This document shows, in pieces, positions 13,798 to 28,030 of a stretch of DNA of 64,000 bases. This stretch comes from Octopus vulgaris (taxonomy: Eukaryota), in contig OX597814.1 of assembly GCA_951406725.2 (NCBI GenBank), positions 28,892,001 to 28,956,000 of the forward strand, written 5' to 3'. The position numbers and the translations under genes were made by a program. The notes beneath the pieces were generated by a model that saw only the letters and a list, made by a program, of their open reading frames with translations, was not told the DNA's origin and did no database searches. Within the stretch, counting starts at the first letter, position 1; each line of letters begins with the position of its first letter.

Positions 13798-14179
13798 TCT
13801 ATCTCTATATAAACGGCAGTTTGTCTGTGTGTGTGTCTGTGTGTCTGTTAGGTTGTACCCTCACCCTGACCACGGCTTTCAACCGATTCTGATGAAACTT
13901 GATACACACATAGCCCAATGTCATAATTGAAAACTAACGCAGCGAAAATTTTGAAAAGTTCCCCCAGTTCTGAAAAAAATCGATAAATTCGACATGGGGT
14001 CGAGAATCAGAAACACAAACCACAGACTGTCTAAGGGACGCAACTCGACCTTTTAACTCTCAAAAAAATTTACCATCATTTTTTTTCCATTTTTTTGCTA
14101 TTTTTTGGCTATAACTCTCTAAAAATGCTTTATAGTTATTTCCCTTACAAACCCGAGCAACGCCGGGTGATACTGCTAG
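13798..14179 (+). mobile_element. Non-autonomous Helitron-like element
   Basis: 5' TCTATCTCTATATAAA, internal (TG)n, 3' hairpin CCCGAGCAACGCCGGG followed by TACTGCTAG|T; no TSD seen. Confidence 0.75.
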
Positions 14180-14577
14180 TTTTTTTACTAAAACAGCTAG
14201 ACTTCCTCTTCGAGACAAGAAAATATTCCATCCTTGTTCAGTAGTTGATCATTTCTGAAACTCAATTAAATTTCTTATGCTGCTCACATCTGAGAGAATT
14301 AAAAACATATACTTAGCTTTACACACTGTAAAACATTTAAATCGTTTCATTACTCGTTCTACCCATTGTTGCATCTTCTCTAATTATCATTCGTGCACAT
14401 ACATCACCGAAGACTATGTCTCTGGATTTGACTACACCAGATTTCTGTCAGCAACACTTGACAATACAGAATTTCTTTGATGCATTAAAGAAAAGCAGAC
14501 TTTTGTCTTTTGGCAAAATATGAAGTGAGAGATGACGACCGACCAACAATGAATATTAAATTTATTATTGAAGTTAT

Positions 14578-15305
<728 letters not shown>

Positions 15306-16169
15306 TAACCGACAATGAAACGGAGAAAAGCTAATCTGAAGGAAAAGCTAATATGTAATTCCACTGTTTATTCCCAGTTTTCTTAATTACTTGTTACATG
15401 GTACAAAAACCATGGTATACGTATAGTCAATATTGCAACAAGAAGCAGAAACTATGACGAACATATATATATTACATAGAGACGAACAAACACGGATATA
15501 TCTTTATACAAAATTATGGAGATGGCCAGAACGAAGCGAAGCATAGTTATTACTGAAACGAATAAAAAACGCTGATAAGGAAAAATGAGAGTTAAAATTA
15601 AATATGAATAAAATCCGTTCAAAATTGCAGGTAGAGATAGGTAAAAGAGAATATTAGGTGGGAAGTTCAACAGATATTTGAAATTAGCCAATTTTTCATA
15701 TCGCTGTTTGGAACAAACATTTGCATATCAACAAAGTATTTCTGAGACATATTCTTGCATGAAACATATAAACATCTTATCCCGGATCCTCACCATTACT
15801 TTCTCTGTTAAAATTTTCTATCACATTCTGTATCTCTGTCTCTCCTTTTCTCTCTCTCTCTTTTTCGCCCTCTCTCTCTCTTTCTCTCTCACTGTTTCTC
15901 TCTATATCTCTCAACTTCTTTATCTACCTTTTTCGCATGTATAAGAAGGATGTAACATATATATATATATTCCAACATAGCTATACACAATGTTCACGCG
16001 CGCACACAGACCCCTCCACACACTCACATAAATGTATATATATGTGCGTATGTGTGCTTCTGCGTGTTTGTGTGTGCATGCATGTATGCCTGTATGTATG
16101 TATAAATACACATTCTTATATGAATATATATATATATGTGTGTGTGTATGTGTGTGTGTGCGTGTGTGT

Positions 16170-16468
16170 GTGGAGGCGCAATGGCCCAGTGGTTAGGGCA
16201 GCGGACTCGCGGTCGCAGGATCGCGGTTTCGATTCCCAGACCGGGCGTTGTGAGTGTTTATTGAGCGAAAACACCTAAAAGCTCCACGACGCTCCGGCAG
16301 GGGGTGGTGATCCCTGCTGTACTCTTTCACCACTCTTTCTCCCACTCTTTCTTCTGTTGGTCTGCTCGCTTAGCCAGCGGGGTGGCGTCATTCGAAGGCT
16401 AAAATAATGCGAACGCATTGTGTTCCAGCGATGTGTAACAACATCTGATGGTCTGGTTAGTCACGTGA
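16170..16468 (+). mobile_element. Full-length OR-like SINE (tail type 2)
   Basis: GTGGAGGCGCAATGGCCCAGTGGTTAGGGC head through GTCACGTGA tail, between (TG)n and (TA)n tracts. Confidence 0.9.
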
Positions 16469-16469
16469 G

Positions 16470-16534
<65 letters not shown>

Positions 16535-16959
16535 ATACATACATACATACATATATAAAGAGAGAGAAAGAGAGCTGGTATATATGTATACGTATTAATA
16601 TTTATTTTCATGTATAGTTATATATAAAAATATGCAAACAGTAATTGAAGAATTTCTACATACATTTGAATTAAAGTACGACATATTCACAAGGAAAAGA
16701 TTGAGAGTGACTTCGAATCTTTGCTAATTGTGGCTCCGGCAAACAATCGGCGAAATTTCAAAGGCTCTATTAACTTTTCCCTTCCGACCACTGCATTGGA
16801 TGCCAAGTTCAAGCCAGCGGGGTTCATCAAAGAGTGAGCACATTTTTAATAGTACCCCTTCTGTACACCTACCGTTGATTGCTTCACAGAGCTAACACTG
16901 TACACTGATCCCAAGCGGGTCCAGCCCCCTATTCTTGTTATCGCGGGACCAATCGCGAG

Positions 16960-17950
16960 CGTGATCTACGCAAAGGTCATTGGGGTGGCAATGGACACAA
17001 GAATAGGTCCCTTCTACATTTTATTTGTTAGCTAAGCTTTTCTTTTCTCAGATAACTGTTTCCACCCCAGTGCTATACAGCCATTATATTGATGACAGTA
17101 TCGGCACTACCTCTTCCTTTGTTAAAACTTAAATTCATTCATCTCCTTTGTCATCGTTCATCCAGTTCATCAAAGAGTGAGCACATTTTTAACCTCCCCA
17201 TCTCTGATACCTCCCGCAATTTTCCTGACCATATCACCCGACCCACACCAAACATGCCCCACCCTCTACTCCTGGTTCCTGCGTTCCCGCTTTCTTCTAT
17301 AACCGTAACCATGATTTTTGTGGCTCAGGCCTAACATATATCTACTCGATGCATTTACGCATCAGCACTTACCCAGGCGGCTCTTTCCGTGCCCATACCG
17401 CTCAGCCCACCGAATTTCCCTCGTCTACCACCTCACCACACTTCTCCTTGAGTGACCTTCCCACGCTTCTTCCACCCCCTCCATTTTGGCACTTATACCT
17501 CTCATCTCCCACCCCGACTCTGCAACCTATGCAACCACCACGAATATGGTTATTACTCTTCCCAACTCTGACCCCTTCTGAGATCCATTCCCTTCATCTG
17601 TTCTCCCTGTCACATTTAGTTTTTTTTTATCTCCAACACCACCGTTCTCACAGTAACCAATTACTGCATCTTCCACATTAAGTACACTTTCTGTTGCACC
17701 TCAACCAATTTCATACACACACGTCAATATTCCTTCTGCGAATCGCTCTACATTGGGCAAACCGGCTAGCGACTGGTTCGCGAAGTACTTCAATAACATC
17801 TTACTTTACAGTGACTCGCCTGTCCCGCGATCCATTGCACACAACACTTCTTGGTCTTCCCAACATTCGCTTCTAAAAGGAGAAGCTTATCTTTCTTAAA
17901 ACTTACACGTCTTTAGTTTTAAATGCATCGCCTCACCTTTTCTACTCTTC
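16960..17950 (+). mobile_element. Decayed Penelope-like retroelement (RT plus GIY-YIG endonuclease remnants)
   Basis: GVAMDTRIGPFY at 16982-17017 (cf. PLE GVAMGTRMGPSY), YIDDSIG from 17085, TFCCTSTNFI, and LYIGQTG at 17746-17766. Motifs are in the correct order and spacing; multiple frameshifts. Confidence 0.8.
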
Positions 17951-18112
17951 ATTATCTTCCTCCCGCCTGCTCCAGAATTGCACACCTATTCCATCTGTTC
18001 CCCAGTTTTCCAATCCCTCGCTGCCCCACCTGTCCTCACAGTTCACTCACTCACTCAACTACCTACAACTCATTCCACTCCAACTTTCGAACACACACTT
18101 TATACTCTAGTA

Positions 18113-18298
18113 CAATGCCCCGCAACCTTTTTTTCACTTGCGGTACACTTATATTCTTTTCAAAATTCGGCGGCACACCAGAACTAAAAATATAACCAAA
18201 ACTATTGGGGAAAATATTATATTCAGGTCACACTGCGGCACAGCTAGCATCGTCTAGTGACACACCAGTGTACCGCGGTGTCTGGTTGCGGGGCATTG
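18113..18298. mobile_element. hAT-type MITE
   Basis: Perfect 15-bp TIRs CAATGCCCCGCAACC / GGTTGCGGGGCATTG; 8-bp flanks CTCTAGTA / CACTAGCA (6/8 match) resemble the Charlie NTCTAGAN target. Confidence 0.85.
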
Positions 18299-18367
18299 CA
18301 CTAGCACACAACTTCAATCAACCATTTTGGCACTTTGGTGCACACATGTACACACACCCACTGTCTA

Positions 18368-18657
18368 GTGGAGGTACATGGCCTAGTGGTTAGAGCAGCG
18401 GACTCGCGGTCGAGGGATCGCGGGTTCGAATCTCAGACCGGGCGATATGTGTGTTTATGAGGGAAACACCTAAGCTCCACGCGGTTCCGACGGAAGGTAA
18501 TAGCAAACTTCTGCTGACTCTTTCGCCACAACTTTCTCTCACTCTTTCCTCCTGCATCTTGCAGCTCACCTGCGACGGACAGGCGGGGAACCTATACGCC
18601 AAGGAAACAGGGAAACCGGCCCTTATGAGCCAAGCATGGCTCGAGAAGGAACAACAG
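18368..18657 (+). mobile_element. OR-like SINE with a third tail type
   Basis: OR-like head with A/B boxes (TGGCCTAGTGG; GGTTCGAATC); tail …GGAAACCGGCCCTTATGAGCCAAGCATGGCTCGAGAAGGAACAACAG; 12-bp TSD CACCCACTRTCT (18355-18366 and 18658-18669). Confidence 0.85.
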
Positions 18658-19101
18658 CACCCACTATCTTTTCGGACATACACCTATCTTTCAGTAGTGT
18701 CATCTTCTCGAATCTTAGCTGACTGTGAAAATGGATAGACGGAAACTTTCACGAATCCCTTCAGATGAATTGTATTTGTAACTCAAAAGCTGCAACCGTA
18801 TTATACACTGTAACCTGAGAATCACATTAAGGGTACATATTTATGTTCAGTGCTCAGCTACTTTCATGTCAATTCAGAAACAGATAATTCAGTTGCTGGA
18901 ACACATGATCCTCTTTGTTAAACGACGGAGATCCATCAACCACACTAAATATAATGCACATATAAAATATATATATAAATCATGTTTATACACATATATA
19001 TACATACATACATATAGATTATAAAGCATATGTATACATAAAACATACGCATGCACATATGTATTTATATGTGCATACACACAAAAGGAGAAAGAGAGGA
19101 C

Positions 19102-19136
<35 letters not shown>

Positions 19137-19243
19137 AGAAGACGTATACATAATATATACGCATGCACACACGTGTATATTTACATATTTATATATGTGT
19201 GTGTGTCTGTGTCTGTGTGTGTGTATCTGCTTGTATGTGTGTG

Positions 19244-19244
<1 letters not shown>

Positions 19245-19332
<88 letters not shown>

Positions 19333-19333
19333 G

Positions 19334-19419
<86 letters not shown>

Positions 19420-19472
19420 TATATATATATATATATACATGTATGTATATATATATATATATATATACCATC

Positions 19473-19520
<48 letters not shown>

Positions 19521-19628
19521 TATATGTATAGTATATATATATATGTATGTATCCATATATATATATATTGTATGTATGTATATATATATATATATATGTA
19601 TGTATATATATATATATATACATGTATG

Positions 19629-19661
<33 letters not shown>

Positions 19662-19738
19662 ATATATATATATATATACATGTATGTATATATATATATA
19701 TATATACATATGTATATATATATATATATACATGTATG

Positions 19739-19771
<33 letters not shown>

Positions 19772-19857
19772 ATATATATATGTATGTATATATATATATA
19801 TATATAAGTATAATATATTTATGTATAAATATATTTATGTATGTATATATATATATG

Positions 19858-19896
<39 letters not shown>

Positions 19897-19920
19897 AAAT
19901 ATATATATATATATGTATAA

Positions 19921-19970
<50 letters not shown>

Positions 19971-20005
19971 AATTATATATATATATTTGTATATATATAT
20001 ATACA
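19245..20005. repeat. Long (TA)n/(TATG)n compound microsatellite
   Basis: Direct reading. Confidence 0.95.
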
Positions 20006-20322
20006 TGCAAGTATTCACACATGTATGTATTCATTTCTATAGAGAGTGAGAAACACAGAGAAAATGAGAAAGTGTGAGAGAGGAATATACATGTACACAT
20101 GCGTGTACACATGCAGTTAGTATTAAAAAGAAAGCATAATGATAACGGCATGTTACGTGATTAAATTACCACCATATGTGATATAATAATAATAATAATA
20201 ATAATAATAGATAGATAGATAGATAGATAGATATAAAGATAGATAGATATATAGATAGATAGATAGATAGATAGAGAGAGAGATGGATGGATGGATGGAT
20301 GGATGGATGGATGGATGGATAA

Positions 20323-20380
<58 letters not shown>

Positions 20381-20561
20381 GGACGGACGGACGGACGGAT
20401 GGATAGATGGATGGATGGATGGATGGATAGATAGGCTGTGGTAATGTTATATCATCATTTTGATATCAAAATGATGTGGAAGATCCGGTTATGAAATAAG
20501 CTGTTCTTCAGCTATTTGTAATATCTACCTTGATTTCCTGGTTGGTGAGAAATTGCGTTTA

Positions 20562-20573
20562 TAGTAGTAGTAC

Positions 20574-20637
<64 letters not shown>

Positions 20638-20727
20638 GGTGGTTGTGGTGGTGGGGGTGATAGTGGTATTAGTAGTAATCGTAGTAGTAGTAGTAGTAGT
20701 AGTAGTTGCAGCAGCAGTAGTAGAATT

Positions 20728-20782
<55 letters not shown>

Positions 20783-20941
20783 GGGTGATAGTGGTAGTAG
20801 TAGTAATTGTTGTAGTAGTAGTAGTAGTAGTAGTGGTGGTTGTGGGGTGATAGTGGTAGTAGTAGTAATCGTAGTAGTAGTAGTAGTAGTAGTAGTAGCA
20901 GCAGCAGTAGTAGAAGTAATTGTAGTAGTAGTAGTAGTAGT
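20562..20941. repeat. (TAG)n/(TGG)n compound trinucleotide repeat with internal higher-order duplication
   Basis: The GGGGTGATAGTGGTA motif recurs three times and AATCGTAGTAG…GCAGCAGCAGTAGTAGAA twice. Confidence 0.9.
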
Positions 20942-21368
20942 CTTTCTATTCTGAGAGATGGTGTCGTTGTCCATATATGTGTTAGTCCGCGTTTGTTTTT
21001 TTTTAATAAGGATTTTCTGTTGCTGTAGGTTGTCACACACACACACACACACACACTCTCTCTCTCTCTTTCTCTCTCTCAACTTATATTTATCTCTCTT
21101 TATAGATATGTGTGTATGTATGTGTATATGTGTGTGTATGTATGCGTGTGTGTGTACGTGTGTGTCTGTTTGTCCGTGTGTTTATATGTGCAATTATATA
21201 TGTATATAGTGTCTGTAGTCATGTACAGATTTTATATATATGAATGTATATGTATATAGAGAGACAGACAGATACGTCCATTCAAACATCTATATATGTA
21301 TGCATGTATATATGTATGCATGTACGTATATGTGTATGTCTGTATGTATGTATCGATATATATATATA

Positions 21369-21963
21369 TTAGCAGCTAATCCCAGTTTCACCCGGTTGGT
21401 TTGGATGATGTGGCTGTAAAACCTGCTCTGCATTCTACTTGTTTGGGCACGCTTACGTTAAAAACAATTTTAGAATGACTTTTTTCTGTCAAAACGCTAA
21501 AAATAAGTGACCAAAAAAAAAAAGATTCAATCAGATCAAAAAATAAACCCAAATACTAAGCGGAGAAAGATGAACCATCCCAATTCCATTGCACGCGTTC
21601 ACGCACACACACACACACATTCACATACCCCCCTTTTACATACACACACATATTCATACAGAGTTGAAACGCTGTTTGATTTATTTTTTCAGCGTACAGT
21701 TTTCATCATCCCACTACCAAGCATGACATCAGCCCTTTATTCCTTATTCATCTATCACCCCTTCCTTTCTCATTCATAAACACAAGAATATTATTATAGT
21801 AGATTATCTCGATAACCATGGGAGCTATGAAAAAAATACAAAGCCCAGCATCACCACCGGATCATCCTGCACATCTGTAATTTTTTGCGCAATTACACCC
21901 AGCCATTTGACCGTGTATCCCAAGACAAGAAAGGATCGCCCGTGTCAAATTTATATGTATAGA
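21369..21963 (-). mobile_element. Older non-autonomous Helitron-like element
   Basis: The plus strand begins TTAGCAGCTAATCCCAGTTTCACCCGG (degenerate CTAG end plus hairpin) and ends TTTATATGTATAGAT, the same architecture as 36567-36950. Confidence 0.55.
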
Positions 21964-23182
21964 TATAAGTAACAACTGGAGGACAGGTGTCAATCCATTA
22001 CGGTCGTTTCTACTGGCTCCTTTAATTGATTAATAAGTACATTATATCCCCTTCGCCCAGAGGTTTATTATTGCTTACCGTATATCATTACGAAGAAACC
22101 GTTTTCCTCAGATGAATACATGAACATTACAATCAAGCATATTCCTAATATTCTTAAAATCCACGGAGCAAAATATTTTCAATGATTCTGCTATTTCAAC
22201 TGACAGATTGAATTTACCAAAATAACGTACATTTAATCAGATAAGAGAAATTTAGAGGTTAGTATGGTCTTTACTTGGGTGAAGGAATAAGTGACCTCCA
22301 GTGACCCAATTATCCTAACTTCTAACAACAGAGAAAGCCGTAACACTGTTTGTCTGGGATATAGCTATGAAGGAGTTACTTACTCATTGGGTACTGGTAA
22401 GTGGTAAGAAAATGATCTGTGGTCAGATCTTACTGATATACTTACATATGTACGTATATATGTACGTATGTATGTATGTATGTATTATGTATGTATGTCT
22501 GTATGCATGCATGCATATAAACAGCTTATGAATCACAAACATTATGAAAGCCGGCTTTCCCCTATTTTTTTCAATTGTTCACGCTCTGTAGCATCTGGGA
22601 TTTTTCTCCCTATGATTGTACTCCTTTTGTGCTTATTGCTTTTGATATTCTCGTTGAAAACACTACATTCACTGGCCATAATTCTTTCTGAAGGCTTCAT
22701 TAGCTTCCGTATGACACCACTTTCTTAACACCATAATCATTACAGGACATCAGACAATTTTCAAAAATTGCTGTCATGAAAATCACAGCATTGTCATCGT
22801 GATTTTCCCTTTACTTGTTTCGGGAAGTTCTAAACTTATATAGCTAAAAATATCAAAAAACAGGCACGTTTGTAATACTTTTCAAAAATATTCACCTATC
22901 CATTGAAAGAGTTAAAGACAAATATTGATTAATTGCTAAGGTTTATCTATCTCTACAGATTTTCCATAGAAATTATAGCCAGCTCTGATTTTGTTACGAC
23001 GCTTAGTATCCGAGACGCCTGATGTAAAGAACAATGAGATCGAAGATGAAAAATGAGTAATGGGCGTATTTGCCATATTTTTGGAGTTTTTGCTCCTTCA
23101 TCGGCACCCATCCAACCTATTAATCATCCACAAAATCATGGCTTAAACAGTCACTGCATACACTACATATATACATTATGCA

Positions 23183-23518
23183 TAGGCGTAGGAGTGGCTA
23201 CCTCAATATGTGTTTTATTAAAAGAACAATTTTATAGAGAAACAGAGGGTCGGTGGGCGCTTTCTATCTTCTCCCATCCTTATCATCTTGTATCATTATC
23301 ATTCGCCTCATCAATGTCTTGTCCAGCCAGCAAAGCTACACATCTTTGTACTGCCTTTATGGCAAATGAAATGAATAAAAGTAGCTTGCTTACGAACCAC
23401 ATGGTTCCGGGTTCAGTCCCACTGCGTGGCACCTTGGGCAACTGTCTTCTACTATAGCCTCGGGCCGACCAAAGCCATGTGAGTGGATTTAGTAGACGGA
23501 AACTGAAAGAAGCCTGTC

Positions 23519-23616
<98 letters not shown>

Positions 23617-23845
23617 GTATGTTTGTGTGTCTGTGTTTGCCACCACCCCCCAACATCGCTTGACAACTGATGCTGGTATGTTTCCGTCCCCGTAACTTAG
23701 CGGTTCGGCAAAAGACACCGATAGAATAAGTACTAGGCTTACAAAGAATAAGTCGTGGGGTCGATTTGCTCGATCGACTAAAAGGCGGTGCTCCAGCATG
23801 GCCACAGTCAAATGACTGAAACAAGTAAAAGAGTAAATAGTAAAG
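23183..23845 (+). mobile_element. Long-family tRNA-derived SINE interrupted by a ~180-bp foreign insertion (23200-23378)
   Basis: Head TAGGCGTAGGAGTGGCT at 23183-23199; the SINE resumes at AAGTAGCTTGCTTACGAACCAC (~23379). Compare the intact copy at 35373. Confidence 0.85.
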
Positions 23846-23914
23846 AGTATAGTAGTGTAACGTCATTAGATTTTACATATTAAACTCAAATCTGGAAGCT
23901 AGTACGTAAATATT

Positions 23915-24275
23915 CTTTTCTACTCTAAGCACAAGGCCCAAAATTTTGGGGGAAGGAGCCAGTCGATTACATCGACCCCAGGATGAAAGGCAAAGTCGAC
24001 CTCGTCGGAATTTGAACTCAGAACGTAAAGACAAACGAAATACCTATTTCTTTACTACCCACAAGGGGCTAAACGTAGGTGGACATACAAGGACAGACAA
24101 AGGGATTAAGTCGATTATATCGACCCCAGTGCGTAACTGGTACTTATTTATTCGACCCCGAAAGAATGAAAGGCAAAGTCAACCTCGGCGGAATTTGAAC
24201 TCAGAATGTAGCGACAGATGAAATACCGCTAAGCATTTCGCCTGGCGTGCTAACGATTCTGCCAGCTCATCGCGT
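23915..24275 (-). mobile_element. Two nested Nin-like SINE copies
   Basis: Two cores; junction AAACGAAATACCTATTTCTTTACTACCC at ~24033-24060. Confidence 0.85.
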
Positions 24276-24289
24276 TGCTGGTATAAAAA

Positions 24290-24450
24290 TATTCATAACT
24301 TGTAGGGACACCGTATTCCGTTACACAACCAGTGCTGGCTATAAATTTCTAGAGAAAATCCGTGGAGATAACCTTAATAAGTGATTTAATATACTTTGTA
24401 GTACGTTATGGTTGCACAAAGAAATACGGTGTCCCTACAGGGTATTAATA
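24290..24450. mobile_element. Short MITE-like inverted-repeat element
   Basis: Perfect 17-bp IR TGTAGGGACACCGTATT (24301-24317) / AATACGGTGTCCCTACA (24423-24439), extending imperfectly to ~40 bp. Confidence 0.65.
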
Positions 24451-24639
24451 TAAGCATTAAACGCCCTTAACCCGCATGCTCACATTATACAAACTCTTGC
24501 AATATATGTAAGTGCTCACCTAGGAAAAATATGCATTTCCTGAAAGACAAAAGGGCTGTCACGAAGAGTAAATATAATTATAAAGACCAGTTATTGATCA
24601 ACAAAATGATAACTAGATATTCAATGTGGAATAGAAATG

Positions 24640-25980
24640 GTCTGAGTCGAGGAAATCATGAAGAGAAGAATATTATTTAAGAAATACAAATACTAGTGTG
24701 CCGTGTTAAATGAAGAAAGCGAAGTACATGAATAAAAATAAAGGCATATTTACAAATACCTGGGAATTAATAGAATGAATAGAATAGGCACAAACCAAAG
24801 AAAGGTTAACAAAAAAATATTGTTGACGTACAGCGTTAATATTTTAAAAATTATTCAAAATAAGGTAATAAGTCTAAATATTTTAGCTGTCCAAGTTAAA
24901 AGCTAAATTTATAATATTCTCAATTGAATGGCAATTGAAATAACGAAGCTAGACAGGAAATCAATAAATGTAATGACTGCATTTAAAGTAAACTACCCAA
25001 AATCTGACACAGAAAGATAATATTTGCCATATTCATAGGGAGGTGCGGGATATTTCACAATTGAGGAATAATTATAAGATATATGCTGTAACATTACAAA
25101 ATTATGTAGTAGAGATTAATGCATTATTAATGTAAATAACTACAAAATGATCAAAACAGGAAAACAATTTTATTCTTAGTTAGTTCATTTTTTTTCAAGG
25201 AAGCTGACTAGTCTAAAGCCTAGGCTTCAGTTAACAGACAGCTGTGAGGAAAACTGATAAAAAGCAACAAAAGAAATTATAGGCGCAGGAGTGGCTGTGT
25301 GGTAAGTAGCTTGTCTACGAACCACATGGTTCCGGGTTCAGTCCCACTGCGTGGCATCTTGGGCAAGTGTCTTCTACTATAGCCTCGGGCCGACCAAAGC
25401 CTTGTCAGTGGATTTGGTAGACGGAAACTGAAAGAAGCCGGTCGTATATATGTATATATATATGCGTGTGTGTGTGTGTGTGTGTTTGTGTGTCTGTGTT
25501 TGTCCCCTAGCATTGCTTGACAACCGATGCTGGTGTGTTTATGTCCCCGTTACTTAGCGGTTCGGCAAAAGAGACCGATAGAATGAGTACTGGGCTTACA
25601 AAAGAATAAGTCCCGGGGTCGAGGCGGTGCTCCACCATGGCCGCAGTCAAATGACTGAAACAAGTAAAAGAGTAAAAGAGAAAAGAGAGATAGAAAACAA
25701 TAATAACTGAAGCTTTAATTGGAAATAGCATTACTGAATGCGATACTAAAGCAACCGTAACAGATTTAACATGGCCAATACCTAATAAGACTGAACACAT
25801 CAGAAGTGATTTAAGAAAGGGAAACACGTTATTGGTTGCAAAATGCAGAACTCAGATCTGAAGTCAAATGATACAAGATCAAATCCTACCAATCAAAGTA
25901 TCAAAAATCTAAAATGAAACAGCATACCAAAATAACAGAATATTTGTAAGATATGTAAAACAATAATTCGTCACCTCGGC
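24640..25980 (+). mobile_element. Decayed R4/Dong-like non-LTR retrotransposon fragment (RT thumb to zinc knuckle), interrupted by a SINE
   Basis: YKYLGI (~24752), EITKLDRK, PKSDTER*YLPYS*GGAG (~24997-25050), WLQNAELRSE, IQDQILP and CKICK (~25833-25960) in the expected order. Confidence 0.65.
25280..25685 (+). mobile_element. Long-family tRNA-derived SINE, full length
   Basis: TAGGCGCAGGAGTGGCTGTGTGGTAAG head, GGTTCAGTCCC B-box-like motif, internal (TA)/(TG) tract, AGTAAAAG tail repeats. Confidence 0.9.
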
Positions 25981-26302
25981 GGTTCCAAAATCTTCCCCTT
26001 GGCTACAAAGGTTCTACTGCTCCATACTGGAGGCAGATGCTCTTCCAGTTGTTGTTGTGCAACGTGCTTCACCTTACTGCGCTTCGCGCCAATCGCTTCG
26101 TATACAATTGTCCGTGAATTTGTTTTGTTGGACAGACACGAGAACATTGAGTTGGATATTTCTCCCAGCTTTCTTTAACATGCTTCTAGCCTCTTTACGT
26201 TCATCTTCCCGAAGAAATATTCCTTCGTATGTCTCTCGTGTTGCTGCTGCGAACCCCGTACTCATTGGTTTAAAACTTTCGTTTTTTTTTCTTTTATTAT
26301 AA

Positions 26303-26495
26303 ATTTCTTTACTACCCACAAGGGGCTAAACACAGAGAGGACAAATAAGGACAGACAAACGGATTAAGTCGATTACATCGACCCCAGTGCGTAACTGATA
26401 CTTAATTTATCGACCCCGAAAGGATGAAAGGCAAAGTCAACCTCGGCGGAATTTGAACCCAGAACGTAACGGCAGACGAAATACGGCTACGCATT
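26303..26495 (-). mobile_element. 5'-truncated Nin-like SINE
   Basis: Matches the family tail and core. Confidence 0.85.
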
Positions 26496-27049
26496 TCTTT
26501 TATTATATTGTCGTCGGTCGCTGTTGAACTGCTGCAGTCGCTGTCGATGGTAGCCGGCGGAGGCGCTACCGTTTCTACAATTTTTCTTCGTCTCTTCCTT
26601 CCCCTGCCGTGGTGACAATGGCGGTATAAGGAACAAAGGAAAGTCATTTTCATATTTCCTGCTACCGCTGTTGTTATTGCTACAACTTTCTATGTCTTGT
26701 GGCGTGGACAGGATAGCTTGACTGGCAGGTACAGTAAGACACTGATTCCCACCAGCGGTCACCCTCTCTTACTGGTTTGGCGAAGAAAGCTCGGCGATAC
26801 TAAATTTTTTAGGAAATTTTTCGAAAATAAAAATTTGTTTTCGAAAATTCGACTTTTAGGACTGATAAGAATTGTCTTTGGTGAGACCCCTCTGGTCTAC
26901 TCATGGGCGGACACAATGTGCCCCCCACCCCACCAAAAAAAAAATTAGCAGAAAACAAACAAAATAAAGTCAAAAACTTACGTGAAGGACGTAGACACAT
27001 GTCGTTAGACGAACAAGCCTAACAAACTCCAGTAATAATAATTATAATA

Positions 27050-27256
27050 CTTTCTACTATAAGCACAAGGCCAGAAATTTTGGAGGAGGGGATTAATCAA
27101 TTACATCGACCCCCACTGCGTAACTGGTACTTATTTCATCGACTCCGAAAAGATGAAAGGCAAAGTCGACTTCGGCAGAATTTGAACTCAGAACGTAAAG
27201 ACGGACGAAATGTCGTTAAGCATTTCATCCGGCTGCTAACGTTTCTGCCAGCTCGC
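27050..27256 (-). mobile_element. Nin-like SINE (alternative tail)
   Basis: Family core plus …GGCCTTGTGCTTATAGTAGAAAG tail. Confidence 0.85.
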
Positions 27257-27479
27257 TAACGTTTCATTTATTTATTACAGTAATGAGAATGGTGTGACAG
27301 ATTTGGTAGAGCGAAATTGCATGTTTCTTCCATATGAGTTTATATCCCACCGGGGTTAACTTTGCCTTTCAACACAACACGTTTGATAATATAAATACCA
27401 CTAGGTTGAATTCAATCACCTATACACTTCCATGTTCATTCTCTGCACAAATTGGCAGTGTCTAGTGTGAAAAGAAATC

Positions 27480-28030
27480 AATATATTTCGTGCAAGCTTC
27501 AGCTTCATTTCTTCACTACTAGATGATAGATATGCCTTAATTTATGTTGATATTAACCCGGTTGAGCAATATTTCATCCAACGGTAAAATATACCAAGAT
27601 GCATCATCTCACCAAGTTGATTATCATTTCACATCGTCATGCCAGTAAAATCTGTCTGCCACTTCTCATACATATTCCCTGTTCACTATAATACTTCGCC
27701 TTTTCTTTATGCAGATGAATCTTTCCTGTAGTGGGAATGTCAGTGGGAACTTCGCATGATGATAATTATGCCATATATCAATCTATCAGCGTATGCACTT
27801 GTTACGATATCATAATGCCTTTGGTAACAGGTATACTTTAAATGTTTAGTCAGTCAAATCGAATAAAGAAGCATTTAAAATATATCCTATCGAAGCTTAG
27901 TATATTCTTTTAAAGAGAATGTGATGCGTATGGTGGTGTCAAAAGCTTTTCAATGGTTATCATCAAGATAAATGAGATGAAATAGTTCCGAGATGAAAGG
28001 CGAGTCATATGATCGGTTTACTGAAAACTC
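27480..28030 (-). mobile_element. Highly decayed LINE RT remnant
   Basis: Minus-strand KAFDT (~27935-27950) followed by TKGI and AYAD motifs; weak. Confidence 0.35.

Noticed and set aside
16890-16930. TAACACTG…TCCCAAGC resembling a twister ribozyme
   Set aside because: P4, P2' and the GGGA pseudoknot partner are missing.
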